A stretch of DNA of 32,000 nt from Candidatus Saccharimonadota bacterium (GTDB lineage: Bacteria; Patescibacteriota; Gracilibacteria; BD1-5; UBA6164). How positions within the stretch are numbered: position 1 is the first letter of the stretch; each line of letters starts with the position of its first letter. The notes beneath the pieces are model-generated. The model saw only the letters and a program-made list of their open reading frames with translations, was not told the DNA's origin and ran no database searches. The position numbers were made by a program, and so were the translations under genes. This document shows positions 20,578 through 30,859 of the stretch, one piece after another. The stretch is from positions 90,001 through 122,000 of the forward strand of contig OZ245922.1 of the NCBI GenBank assembly GCA_965229705.1. The letters are read 5' to 3'.

Positions 20578-20588
20578 CCCAATATATT

Positions 20589-21518
20589 ATGATAAACCAT
20601 TACGCAATCAATAGTTATCCTATAGGACAAAACTATGTATCCGAAGCAGAACAAGAAAGCACAGAAGTAATATCATCGTTTTCTGCGTTTCAAAAAACCA
20701 GGTATTGTATCAAAACACCACTTGGACAATATTTTAATATTTGAACTTTTGGAACATACGATAGCTGAGTATGTGGTCAATGAGACAGGGTAAGATATGG
20801 AAATATTTTGCTAGATACCAATATAGAAAGTCTTTCTGATAAAGAAATATCCAAGTCAGAAAACCCAATACTCAATGGAGGATTTATTTCTCAGACAAGA
20901 TTTTCTCAGAAAGATATAGAGTTTCGTATAGAGATAAAACCCAAAGATATTACTTCTTTTCAAAAAGAGATATGAGATATGAAAAAATATTTAAATATGA
21001 AAGGTCTTAAAATACTCAAAACCGAGCAACATCGATACAGTGAAATAGATGTAGAGCTAGAGAACATAGAATATGATTTGTTTAGTTCAAAAGGAACAAA
21101 AGCGACTCTTAGTTTTGTGTCTCTTGATCCAAATTTCAAAAAACCATCTGGAAGTACCAAAGCATACAGAGATATATCCTGAAACCTTGATGTGAGTTTG
21201 ATTATCAGCGATACAGATGAATCTCCACTACTCAATACTCTCATAGATATAAAAGAACTCACAGGAACAATAACAGCAATACAGTTAGAATTTGACGGCT
21301 ATGAAGTAGAGATTGCGTGTGATATCTCATCTCCTGAGAAAGTTATTTTTGACGGGAAAACGGGAGATGTATTTGTATGAACGACTCTTATAGAAGACTT
21401 TTCTTGAAAGTTTATGCCTTTTCCTATCAATACCCCAAAAAGAGTAAAGTGTAGTTTTATTTGAGCGACAGTGGAAAAATACAGTATATATTTTAGCTAT
21501 GATAACATTTACTTGTAA
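20589..21518 (+). CDS. distal tail protein (Dit-like, putative)
   Basis: 309 aa; joins track ORFs 20979..21182 and 21192..21380 in one frame; first gene after the tape measure gene. Confidence 0.5.
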
Positions 21519-22330
21519 TGAATACGCGTATAAAAATAAAAGTGTACTGAGAGAGAGTATTTGAGATAGATGATAAAATTATCAATAATGCTGACAGTAT
21601 TGATTTTTCCGAAGATATAAACTCTGGACAGTCAGGGATAAATATAGACCTTCTCATAGATTTTTCATCAGATGAATACCATATATGAGACATGATAGAG
21701 TATTCTATTTATAACGATGATTACAAAAACGGTCTTTTAAAATTTTCTTGAATCATCACAAAGATACAAAGAAAATATGATGGTATCAATCAGTCTGTGA
21801 GACTAGATTGTCAGAGTATTACATATTTATTGACTCAGGTAGAAGTAGACAAAGTATACTCGTGAACATATCAGAGTATTGTTGATGATATTATTGCAGA
21901 TTTATGAGACAATACATGTAATATGAATTTTTTATGAAATACTATTTTTAAAAACGAGATACAAGATACTTGAGAAGCAGATGATTTGGAGATAGATGGA
22001 AGTTTATTTCAAGCAATCCAAAAACTCTTTGAAGAAAAACAGTTTTTTATAAATCAGTATGGAGAGATACGAGATACTTTTGAGAAAAAACATCTCTTAA
22101 AATTTGGGAGAGATATTATATCAAATAATACCACCGAAGATATAGACGGGATATCTGATGTAGAACTCGAAGTACAAAATATACAAGATATCAATGTATG
22201 AGACACGATAAAAATAGTAAATACAGATACATTCTTAAACCTTGACGGGGAAACGATTACAAAGCTTGATTTTAATATATTACAAATAAACATTATTATT
22301 TGAGAAATTAAAAACCTAAAAATAGGCTAA
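21518..22330 (+). CDS. tail hub/baseplate-associated protein (putative)
   Basis: 270 aa; ATG overlaps the upstream stop (TAATG); contains track ORF 21986..22201 in frame; positional call. Confidence 0.42.
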
Positions 22331-22338
22331 TAAAAAAA

Positions 22339-22349
22339 TGTCCCTCTAA
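22339..22349 (+). promoter_or_regulatory. conserved late intergenic motif, variant copy 5 (TGTCCCTCTAA)
   Basis: 9 of 11 matches with the same A-run prefix. TATGAT lies 15 nt after TGTCCC; 57 nt before ATG 22396. Confidence 0.5.
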
Positions 22350-22395
22350 ACATCTGACATATGATAGGAACATATAATTTTTTTATATTGATTTT

Positions 22396-23745
22396 ATGTC
22401 TTTGATTGTCGGTAATAACATTATTTGAGAAATCATTTGAACGGTTGACCCTACTGATGAAGTGATGAGAATTACTTCTTGAAAAGAGAATCTTTTAGAG
22501 GTATGAATGAAGTTGTATCTCTATAAAGTATCAAACAAGGTGGTAACTCAGAGGGAGATAGTGAGAGTTTCGACTATTACTTGAAATGTAATAGGTATTG
22601 AGAGGGCTATTGAGTCTTGTCCTTTGAATGATAACGCGACAGAAAATAGTCAGATAGCACTAGAATTTTCGAGTTGAGATTTTTTCTCAAACAATTTTAC
22701 AGCCGAGGATATAAAATATATAGAAGATGAAATTGCAACGAAAGTTTGAGAAGATGATGAGACTATCACGAAACAGGGAAATGAGTTTAATGGGGTAGAG
22801 CAGTTGGTAAAAACTGATGATACAGGTAAAATAGACGCTGATTTGATTCCCGTGTCATCAGACTCTTCAGATTCTTCAGAGAATCTACTCATCAAAGACA
22901 TGATACCAGGTGAAACAAACGAACAAGTAAATGGGAAAGACCCTGTTTTTTTGTATGGGAAGTGATATTTAACAGTAACAAGAACTACAGATGCAATAGG
23001 TAATTCATATGTAGATGGTGATTCTGATTTGAAATGATATCTGGTATGAGATGGTTGAACAATACAAAAAATAGGGCAGTATTTTCAGCCTTGAACATTA
23101 AATGAATCTATTTACACATGAATTAGCCAAGTAGATGTTACCGATGTTAAGAAGATAGGAAATCCATCAGATAGTATTATATGTAAAATATATGAATATG
23201 ACTATATAAATGAATCAATTTGAACACTTATCTCAACAAGTACAAATACAACAAACCCTTCATCTTCTCGTGGTAATCAAAGATTTTATTTTGATGATAA
23301 TACTATAACTGATACAAATTGATATGCAATATTTATTGAAAGAACATGATCATATGATAACTCAAACTATTATGAAGTTAGCTGGTCAAATTATAGTCAA
23401 ATAGATTATGCCTGAATGGTAACTCTTAGATGAAATTGAAGTACAGTACAAAATACAGATGATCTTGGTATTTATGTAACAAGATATTACGATTCTTGAA
23501 TAAATGAGGATACTTCAAAGATTTATAAAAGAACTTCTTGAGATGTACTTTGACTTTATTCTTGAGTTACAACAATGGACTCAGAAATAAACCTCATAAA
23601 CTCTGGAATATACGAACACTACGAGGATATTGAAGACAACACAGACTACTATATAACTTCTACTTGAGAACTTACTACTTCTGCAAGTGGTAATACTCTT
23701 ATAGGGAAAAGTGTTTCAAATAGAAAAATACTTCTTGATATATAA
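22396..23745 (+). CDS. tail fibre/receptor-binding protein (putative)
   Basis: 449 aa; every codon checked. There are 24 in-frame TGA and no TAA/TAG until 23743, so the gene is invisible in the standard-code track. Ser/Asn/Tyr-rich, beta-type composition. Confidence 0.55.
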
Positions 23746-23749
23746 AACA

Positions 23750-24220
23750 ATGCCAAAAGTAACAAAGAAAATAGACTGAATATTTCAAACAGTCACGATA
23801 ACTTCTGACTCAGAGGAATACAATACACTCTCAGAGGATGAGAAAATACTCACACTGAAACAAGAGATGTGAATAGATGATGACAAGACACTTGCAGAAA
23901 TTGAAACAGAAAAAAATAAACAGAAAGAAATACAAGATATAAATACTGAATTTGATAACTTAGTGAAATCTTATGACTCAGAGTATCCCGAAGAAGAAAT
24001 AAAGACTTTTCCGATCCAGGAAAGAGAAGCAAGTTATATAGACGGAAAATCAAATCCAAGTATTAAGGAGTCTGATTTTATAAGAAAACTTGCAGAAAAT
24101 AGATGAGAAGATTTTAAAGAACTCGCAAAAAAAATAAAAGAAAAATCCGAAGACAGAAATACTTTTATTGCACAAAAACTTGCTGAAAAACAAATAAAAA
24201 TAAAAGCTTTAGATACATAA
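23750..24220 (+). CDS. hypothetical coiled-coil protein (fibre-associated?)
   Basis: 156 aa, E/K-rich; all codons checked from ATG 23750 to TAA 24218. Confidence 0.45.
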
Positions 24221-24232
24221 CTTTATAGAAAA

Positions 24233-25285
24233 ATGTTTTTTAAATACATAAATTTTTGGAATTTTGTAAAAAGTGATTTTTTTAAAAATGACACTTCATC
24301 TTCTTCTTCGTGAGGATGACTCACAAAAGAACAAGAAGAAAAACTCTCAAGAGTAGATTTTGAGACTTACAACGAAACTGAGACATACAATAATTGAGAT
24401 AGTGTCTTACATAACTGAAAATACTACATAATAAACATAAACGGTTTCACAGGTACTTTTAATACCGATAATGCAAGTGAGGTTGGGAATGTATACGAGG
24501 TATTTTTAGAAAAAATATGAGAACTGGTAAATCTCGAGACAACTGATAAAACAAAGATAGTAAATGCAATAAACGAGCTGAAATCACTTATAGATGATGT
24601 GGATATAACCTGAATAATAGATGATAGTTCAGAGACAGGAACAGAGATAACATACTCTATAGATAAGATACGGTCTCTCATAGATGATTCTGAACAATGA
24701 TTACTCGACTGAGTAGAGGAATCATATAACACACTCAATAAAATTGCAGGAGAATTACAAAGGAGACTTGCAGTAAACCAAGAACAAAATTTTACAGATG
24801 AAGAAAAACAGCAAGCAAGAGATAATATAAATATATATTCCAAACAGGAAACAGATACAAAGCTTGCGGAGAAACAAGATACCGTATATGTGAAAATATG
24901 AGTAGAGGATATAGAGCAAGAAGATACAACATTGTATACGCTCTTAGACCTCGTAAAAGATAAAAATGGTATTGATTATCAGCTCAGAGAAGTTGGTGGA
25001 GTAAATACATTCGTGGCTATATCTTGAAACTCTTCGAGTGAATCCAGCTCTGAGAATACAGAAACTACATCTGATGAAAACTGAGTTGTAGAATATTCTT
25101 ATAATGTCGTCTATCCAGTAAATGTATTTGCTGGAGAACCCACAGAGTTAGATGAGATTGAAGAAATGGATGAGTTAGATGAACTTAATGATATAGAACC
25201 ACTACAAACTGTTGAAGAACTAGGGGTCTTGCCAGTCAATGACCTAGAACCTATACCAGAGCTAGAGCCTCTGGACGAAATTTAA
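24233..25285 (+). CDS. tail fibre protein
   Basis: 350 aa. QNFTDEEKQQARDNINIYSKQETDTKLAEKQD is the recurring L/F-T-x-x-Q/E-K-x-Q-A-R-x-N-I motif of phage tail fibres. Acidic C-terminal tail; all codons checked. Confidence 0.6.
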
Positions 25286-25303
25286 CTTTTAATTTTATAT
25301 ATT

Positions 25304-26236
25304 ATGGCTTTCGTTAGTAGAAAAGAACAAATAGAAAACTCTATAGAAGCGTGCCAAGTTTTACATTCTTCTCAAGACAACCCGAACGGGAACAGGGCTT
25401 TGGTTGAAGCTCAAAAAGAATTACTAGACCTCCATGTGATAGAGGTAAACAAAGAGGAACAAGAGGCAATATCATTATCTAAGACTAAGACTTATGATGT
25501 ATGAGCATTTTTGACTGTAATGCAAAGATATTCAGCTACTTGAAGTACTGATACTACCACACAATTATGAACGACACAAAGTGAGGATTATATGTATAGA
25601 ATGGTTTATAGGGCTATGTGAGAACCCTATCAAAATAAGGCAAAAACTGATATTGAAGATTTAAAATACCATTCAGAGGAGGTTATGCCTACTTATATTC
25701 CTAATAAGGATATATTAAGTTATTCTAAGGATTATGCAGTTGATGACCAATCAAGTAGCGCTTATTCGTACCCCATGCAAGCAATATTCTTAATTCCACT
25801 TAAGAATACTAATGACGTAGATACTGATATAAGTATTCCTATGATTAGGAGTGTTTATTCAAGCAATTATTCGAATGCCGTAGTGAGTATGCTTACACCT
25901 AATGCGAATAATTCTGACACTAGCCTTATAACAGATTGTACTTTTCAGAATCTGAACAATTATAATTCCAGTAACTCTGAATACTCAAACACACAAACTA
26001 TAACTATACCTGCTAATACTTCAGTTATAGTTATGATAGTTGCTTCGGGTAGGTATTACACTGATGGTTGAGCAGTGTATTCTATGTCTATAAGGAATAG
26101 TGTAGATTTAAGAACTGCACTTACTACTGAATGAATTAAGTGTGACGCTATAGTTACTAATAATATCAATTCTTGAAAAATAACAGAAGTTCCTGAATTG
26201 TTCAAAATTCACGAAGGGATAACTGATGCTTCTTAA
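25304..26236 (+). CDS. hypothetical structural protein (possible fibre tip/receptor-binding module)
   Basis: 310 aa; joins track ORFs 25304..25504 and 25685..26071 (same frame) to TAA 26234. The C-terminal two-thirds are Asn/Ser/Thr-rich. Confidence 0.5.
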
Positions 26237-26262
26237 TAATTTTATAATATAATTTTCTTAAA

Positions 26263-26478
26263 ATGAACGATATAACATATTATGTTTTATTTGATGATGA
26301 GGGAAACCAGATTTGTTCAAATAATACAAAGGATGAGGGCTTTTATGAAGCTCCTGCAGGATTTAATCCTGAAAAAAATGAGTGTAAATTAACAAAAAAT
26401 GGTATCATTCTTGTAGACCTTATGACTCAAGAAGAATATGAGAGAGATATACAAGAAAAAATAAAAGCTGGTAAATAA
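26263..26478 (+). CDS. hypothetical protein (71 aa)
   Basis: Intact in the standard-code track; ends TAA. Confidence 0.5.
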   Translation: MNDITYYVLFDDEGNQICSNNTKDEGFYEAPAGFNPEKNECKLTKNGIILVDLMTQEEYERDIQEKIKAGK

Positions 26479-26485
26479 CAACAAT

Positions 26486-26755
26486 ATGGAAACAAAAACA
26501 CCTACAATTACAAAAAACACTTTTTTTAATACCAATATAGCAACGCTTATATCGTTAGTGGTTTTTTCTGTCAGCACTTATGGGTATTTCTCAAATGTAA
26601 AATCCAATATGGAGAATAGAATGCTCGCTATAGAATACAATATAAAAAATGTTGAGACAGAAATATCTACAAAAGCTGATTTGGTGGATATGGAGATTAT
26701 AAAAGTAAAACTCGCAAATATAGAGTGAATACTTTTGGAATTAAAAAATAAGTAA
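26486..26755 (+). CDS. holin-like single-pass membrane protein
   Basis: 89 aa. One hydrophobic segment IATLISLVVFSVSTYGYF followed by a charged helix; lies immediately upstream of two lysin genes. Confidence 0.45.
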
Positions 26756-26756
26756 T

Positions 26757-27233
26757 ATGAAAAATTACGAAAAAATCCGAGAAAATATAGTAACAGGAGA
26801 CCTGTTTTTTACTCGTTCTAACGCGCTATTTTCTCGAATCATACGACTTGCCACACAATCAGATGTATCGCATGTTGGAGTGTTTTTGAGACTCTGAGGA
26901 AGACTCTTTATTGTTGAAGCTCTTGAATGAAGCGGGGTAGTAATGAGTCTCGCTTCTGAGAGAGTCAAAGAAGTACAATGTTTTTGGGCGAGGACTTCAC
27001 GAGCAAAAAAATCTATAAACGAGATAGAGAATCATCTCCTCACATCTTTACGAAAAAAATATGATATGATAGGAGCATTGCTGAGCCTCATTACTGATAC
27101 AAAGACGGCGAAAAAGTTTTGCTCAGAACTGGCGAGTGAAGCGATAGGTATCAAACTCCCGTATAATAAACGAGGTATCACACCAGCTGATATGATAAAC
27201 CTCTGCGAAACAGTAGAAGAAATATCTTGTTAA
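26757..27233 (+). CDS. permuted papain-fold (YiiX/YaeF, C92-like) peptidase/amidase
   Basis: 158 aa. GDLFFTRSNALFSRIIRLATQSDVSHVGVF (His first), then IVEALEGSG, then KKYDMIG ... KKFCSELASEAIG (Cys second). This is the circularly permuted NlpC/P60-type order. Confidence 0.62.
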
Positions 27234-27242
27234 AATACTCTT

Positions 27243-28154
27243 ATGGCAAAAACAGCACTTGATATATATGTACGAAAACATGCAGGGAGTACGAATATCA
27301 AAGAGACACAGGCTCTTGGTACTCAGTGTGTGGCTCTTGTGAAACATTACGCAAAAGAAGTAGTACTCGTACCTCTTTGAAGATTTTGATGATCTGCTCG
27401 ATCGGGATGGAATAATTTTTATAACACTTTCCCTGCAGATAAATGGGAGAGGGTAGAGAATGATCCAAAAAATCCAGGACAAGTACCAAATGATGGGGAC
27501 ATTATATTTTTTGATACAGGAAAATATGGACATACAGCCGTAGTGACAAGAGCGATACCTGGAGAAAATACTCTTAAGGTCTTTGAACAAAATGTATGAG
27601 ACTGAGACGGTAGATGAGATGATGACAAAGCTCGGGTGTCTGAGTATTCTTACAAAAATGTATATGGCTGGTATAGTCCAAAAAACTTTTGTATGAATTA
27701 CAGAGGTGTTTCAGTATTTTTTGTAGAACAGCCAAAAAATAAACCCCAAAGACTTGGTTGGTACTGAGTAAATAGTCAGGCAATATACATCACTCCAAAA
27801 GGCAGATGGAGATGAGAGAAAGACTATAAGGCTCTTTTATTTCACGAATGGACTCATCATATATACTGGTCTAAGTTTTCTCGGTCTGATGTCCTTGTGT
27901 GGGAACAAGTCAGCAGACAAGATGAGAATATCTTGAGTTTTATAAAAAAGCATACTCCTCTGGTGTACTGGAAAAACAAATACCTTTCTCCAGGAGAAAC
28001 GAATGAGTCTGAGGATTTTGCAGAGACGCTCGAAGCATTCTACAAGAACCCGAAAAAGAAATATAATGATTATCGGGATGTGAAAATATATGCAGCGCTT
28101 TCTCTGATGGAAAAGTACGGGTATGATATACGATGAGATATAGATACTTTTTAA
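27243..28154 (+). CDS. CHAP-domain endolysin with C-terminal HExxH domain
   Basis: 303 aa. LGTQCVALVKHYA (Cys codon 27327-29) and GDIIFFDTGKYGHTAVV give the CHAP Cys/His pair. The C-terminal half carries FHEWTHH (27843-57) and a downstream SEDFAETLEAF. Contains track ORF 27897..28136. Confidence 0.78.
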
Positions 28155-28215
28155 AAGTATCTTTTATGGGCGAACAAGCCCTCCATACAATAAAACGCTA
28201 TAATAGTAGCCATAT

Positions 28216-28335
28216 ATGATGTTTATTTGTTGGCTAGTAGGCTTGTTTTCGTCCACAATTACACCACCTGAAGAAATGGAAGTACAAAGTGATATGTATC
28301 TTGCATTTGTGATACACCGAAAGGGGGTGGTCTAA
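28216..28335 (+). CDS. candidate small membrane/lipoprotein-like ORF (39 aa)
   Basis: MMFICWLVGLFSSTITPPEE...; a terminator follows. Supported only by position. Confidence 0.25.
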   Translation: MMFICWLVGLFSSTITPPEEMEVQSDMYLAFVIHRKGVV

Positions 28336-28343
28336 TATCTCTT

Positions 28344-28378
28344 ATAAGGGGAGTCTATCGGCTCCTCTTATTTGTTTG
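28344..28378 (+). terminator. intrinsic terminator after the lysis cassette
   Basis: ATAAGGGGAG pairs with CTCCTCTTAT around an 8-nt loop. One G-U pair forms only on the plus-strand RNA, and TTGTTTG follows. Confidence 0.6.
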
Positions 28379-28528
28379 CATTTATTGGGAAAAATATATA
28401 ATCTTTTCGTTATTTTGAATAGCTTGATAGTACTTTTTGTACATTTTGCGTAAGTTCCATACATCTTTGATATTTCGTAAGAGCAAAATCAAAGAGTTTT
28501 CGAGTTCAAGCTTGGACTTCGAAAGGTA

Positions 28529-28878
28529 CCCCATTTTATACAGAAAATAGAAGGACTTGAAATGAAGCTTTGGTTTCCAGTCTCCGCGTAGCGGAAAGAT
28601 GGAAACTGATTGCGATGAATAAGAGCAATCACTGAATGTCTGACTGGAACTACTACTTGTGAAGCAAGTTGTAGTGAAAGCAACAAGTCCCTTCGAGCAC
28701 CCCATTTTATACAGAAAATAGAAGGACTTGAAATGAAGCTTTGGTTTCCAGTCTCCGCGTAGCGGAAAGATGGAAACTGATTGCGATGAATAAGAGCAAT
28801 CACTGAATGTCTGACTGGAACTACTACTTGTGAAGCAAGTTGTAGTGAAAGCAACAAGTCCCTTCGAGCACCCCATTT
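28529..28878. repeat. perfect 171-bp tandem duplication of a highly structured, non-coding element
   Basis: 28529-28699 is identical to 28700-28870, followed by the first 8 nt (CCCCATTT) of a third unit. All plus frames are closed. Each unit folds into a closing stem plus three hairpins (see findings). Confidence 0.95.
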
Positions 28879-29281
28879 GAAAAATTTAAAATTCTGATGA
28901 TTTCAAACAGCTCATTTTCCTTAATATTAATGCCAAACATTTTTATTTTAAAATGTAGGGTATTTTTAAATACCTATCATTAGTGTTGGGTATACAAAAT
29001 ATATACAATATTTAAGGCAAGTGTGAGAAAAACCTTTTTTCTTGCTTTTCTCCACAAACATATATAATCCTCACACTTTAAAGATTTTATAGTGAAAATT
29101 TATTCAAATTTTTACTACCTAATTTTTAAAAGAAATTCTCATAAACTATAGTTTTGTTTAAGCCGCGAAGATATAGTTTGTTCCACGCATTGGAGGAGTT
29201 ATGCGCAACTCTTGTAAGAATTTCACTACATCCTTTTTTTTCTCACTGAAAAAAGTGTCTCTTTTCTCTCTTTATTTGAGG

Positions 29282-29378
29282 AACCTCTGAGAAATAGAAA
29301 AATTTTCTAATCTACTCTGGCTCTAACAAGCCATCTCTCTTTTGAAAAAGGAGAGAAAAAAGGAGTTTCTCAGAGGTT
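29282..29378 (+). promoter_or_regulatory. long-range 13-bp stem enclosing nested hairpins upstream of rpsA
   Basis: AACCTCTGAGAAA (29282-94) pairs perfectly with TTTCTCAGAGGTT (29366-78). Inside it, TCTCTC (29335-40) pairs with GAGAGA (29351-56). The element ends 84 nt before the rpsA ATG. Confidence 0.4.
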
Positions 29379-29461
29379 TCTTAAAATAATAGAAAATTTG
29401 GGATAACTATGGAAAGTCTGAAAAAAGAAGAGATGATTTTATTTTGTAATACTTCTTTGCT

Positions 29462-30850
29462 ATGCCAGCAAAAAAAGATGTAGCTCCAGTTGCAGATAAA
29501 AAAGTAGTTGCAGAAAAAGCAACAAAAGCTCCTGCAAAAACTACAAAAAAAGCAGCTCCGAAAGAAGAAGCAAACCTCTTTCAGGAACTCTTCGAAAAAT
29601 CACCAGTAATACAATATCCAAAAGAAGGAGAAGTGATTACCGGTGTAATAGAAAAAATTGAGAAAAAAAATATTCTCGTAAATGTTAATAACCAGTTTAC
29701 GGGACTCGTTATATCAAAAGAGTTGGGAAATTCTGTTGATTTTGACTCTCTTGCTCCTAATCAAACTATTGATGTGATGGTACTTGGAGATTCTGTTGAG
29801 AGAGGACTCTTGATTCTTTCTCTCAAAAGAGCAAACCAAATAAAGAGTCTTGATACGCTTAATACGAACTTTAGTTCAGGAGAAGTTATGAGTGTTCGTC
29901 CAACAGAAGCAAATAAAGGAGGACTGTTGGTTGATATTGATGGACTGAAAGGATTTATCCCCGTATCACAACTCACACCCCTACATTATCCTCGTGTTGA
30001 GTGAGCTGATCCAGAAAAGATTCTTGAACATCTTGAGAGTCTTCTTACTGTTGATTTCAAAGTTCGAGTTATTAATATTGATGAAGGTGGAAAGAAAATT
30101 ATTTTTTCTGAAAAAGCAGCTATCGCCGAACAGCGAGATAAGGCTCTTGAAACTTTAAAAGAATGAGATATTGTCGAGGGAGTTGTTTCAGGTATTCTTT
30201 CATATGGTCTTTTCGTAACCTTTGATGGTCTTGAATGACTCGTTCATGTTTCTGAAATTGACTGGGGGCATGTAAACAATCCTGGAAAATTTGCAAAAGT
30301 TGGTATGAAGGTAAAGGTAAAAGTTATCGGTCTTGATAGCGAGAAAATCTCACTTTCTATTAAACAACTAAAGGACAACCCTTGGGATGTTCTGTCAAAA
30401 AAGATAGCGACAGGGGATACTATCAAAGCCCCTATTTCTCGAATATCTCAATTTGGTGCTTTTATGGATCTTGACGGAGGAATTCAAGGACTTATTCATC
30501 TTTCAGAAATTTCTCATGGAGTAGTAAATGATATTCGCGACTTTATAAAAGTAGGAGAAGAAGTAGAAGCAAAAGTGATTAACTTTGAACCAACAAAGAA
30601 GCGTATAGGTCTTTCACTTAAAGCGCTTACTCCAGCTCCAGAAGGAGCAAAACGAGAAGAAAAAATAGTGGTAAAAGAATGACCAAACGAGGAAGATAAG
30701 ATTGACGAAGAGGTAGCACAAACAAAGAAACCTGCTTCTTCCAAAGTTTCACAGACCAAAAAGAAAACACCCGCAAAGAAAAAAGATGACGCACCTATAG
30801 ATGAAAAACAAGATAAAGAAACCTGAGACGAAAACAAAAATCAAGATTAA
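29462..30850 (+). CDS. rpsA: 30S ribosomal protein S1
   Basis: 462 aa under code 25; joins track ORFs 29462..30004 and 30305..30682 in frame. Repeated S1 (OB-fold) domains, e.g. GDIVEGVVSGILSYGLFVTFDGLEGLVHVSEIDW and GDTIKAPISRISQFGAFMDLDGGIQGLIHLSEIS. Lys/Ala-rich N- and C-terminal extensions. Confidence 0.9.
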
Positions 30851-30859
30851 ATCCACGAG

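Larger units (their letters stand above)
1..28154 (+). mobile_element. siphovirus-like prophage/phage genome segment (left end outside window; right end somewhere between 28155 and ~29460)
   Basis: Colinear plus-strand module order: small and large terminase, portal, scaffold, capsid, connectors, tail tube, chaperone, tape measure, distal tail, fibres, lysis. Accessory genes and tRNAs lie upstream. Ribosomal protein genes follow after a 1.3-kb non-coding gap. Confidence 0.8.

Noticed and set aside
38-27628. Other long standard-code minus-strand ORFs (e.g. 38..457, 9749..10340, 10982..11454, 18193..18477, 24424..24843, 27123..27628)
   Set aside because: Each lies antisense to a plus-strand gene with recognisable function or continuous code-25 frame. 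Their products are Ser/Phe/Ile-rich low complexity, typical of antisense frames in AT-rich DNA.
28573-28777. CRISPR-like repeat: the reverse strand of 28573-28606 reads GTTTCCATCTTTCCGCTACGCGGAGACTGGAAAC (GTTTCC...GGAAAC termini, internal palindrome) and recurs 171 bp later
   Set aside because: There are only two copies, and the intervening 137-bp 'spacers' are identical because the whole 171-bp unit is duplicated. The spacing is far outside CRISPR norms and there are no cas genes. It is better explained as hairpin P2 of a structured element.
28382-28876. Minus-strand ORFs 28382..28876 (164 aa) and 28489..28857 (122 aa) from the track
   Set aside because: Two overlapping frames are open simultaneously only because the 171-bp repeat length is divisible by 3. 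The products are Ser/Cys/Thr-rich low complexity, TAA lies immediately upstream of the first ATG, and the composition is unlike neighbouring genes.
28529-28878. Retron-like ncRNA (closing inverted repeat plus internal long hairpin)
   Set aside because: There is no reverse transcriptase or effector gene on either side: lysin genes lie upstream and 580 nt of non-coding DNA then rpsA lie downstream.
29191-29326. GGAGG followed 4 nt later by ATG 29201 and a 41-codon ORF upstream of rpsA
   Set aside because: No other gene in the window uses an SD. The ORF is low-complexity (F/S/L-rich) and runs through the strongly paired 29282-29294 segment. The GGAGG more likely participates in RNA structure.
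29408-29425. GGAAAGTC resembling the RNase P RNA conserved GGAAAGUCC core
   Set aside because: It is an isolated 8-mer only about 45 nt upstream of the rpsA start, with none of the other RNase P conserved regions or helices around it.
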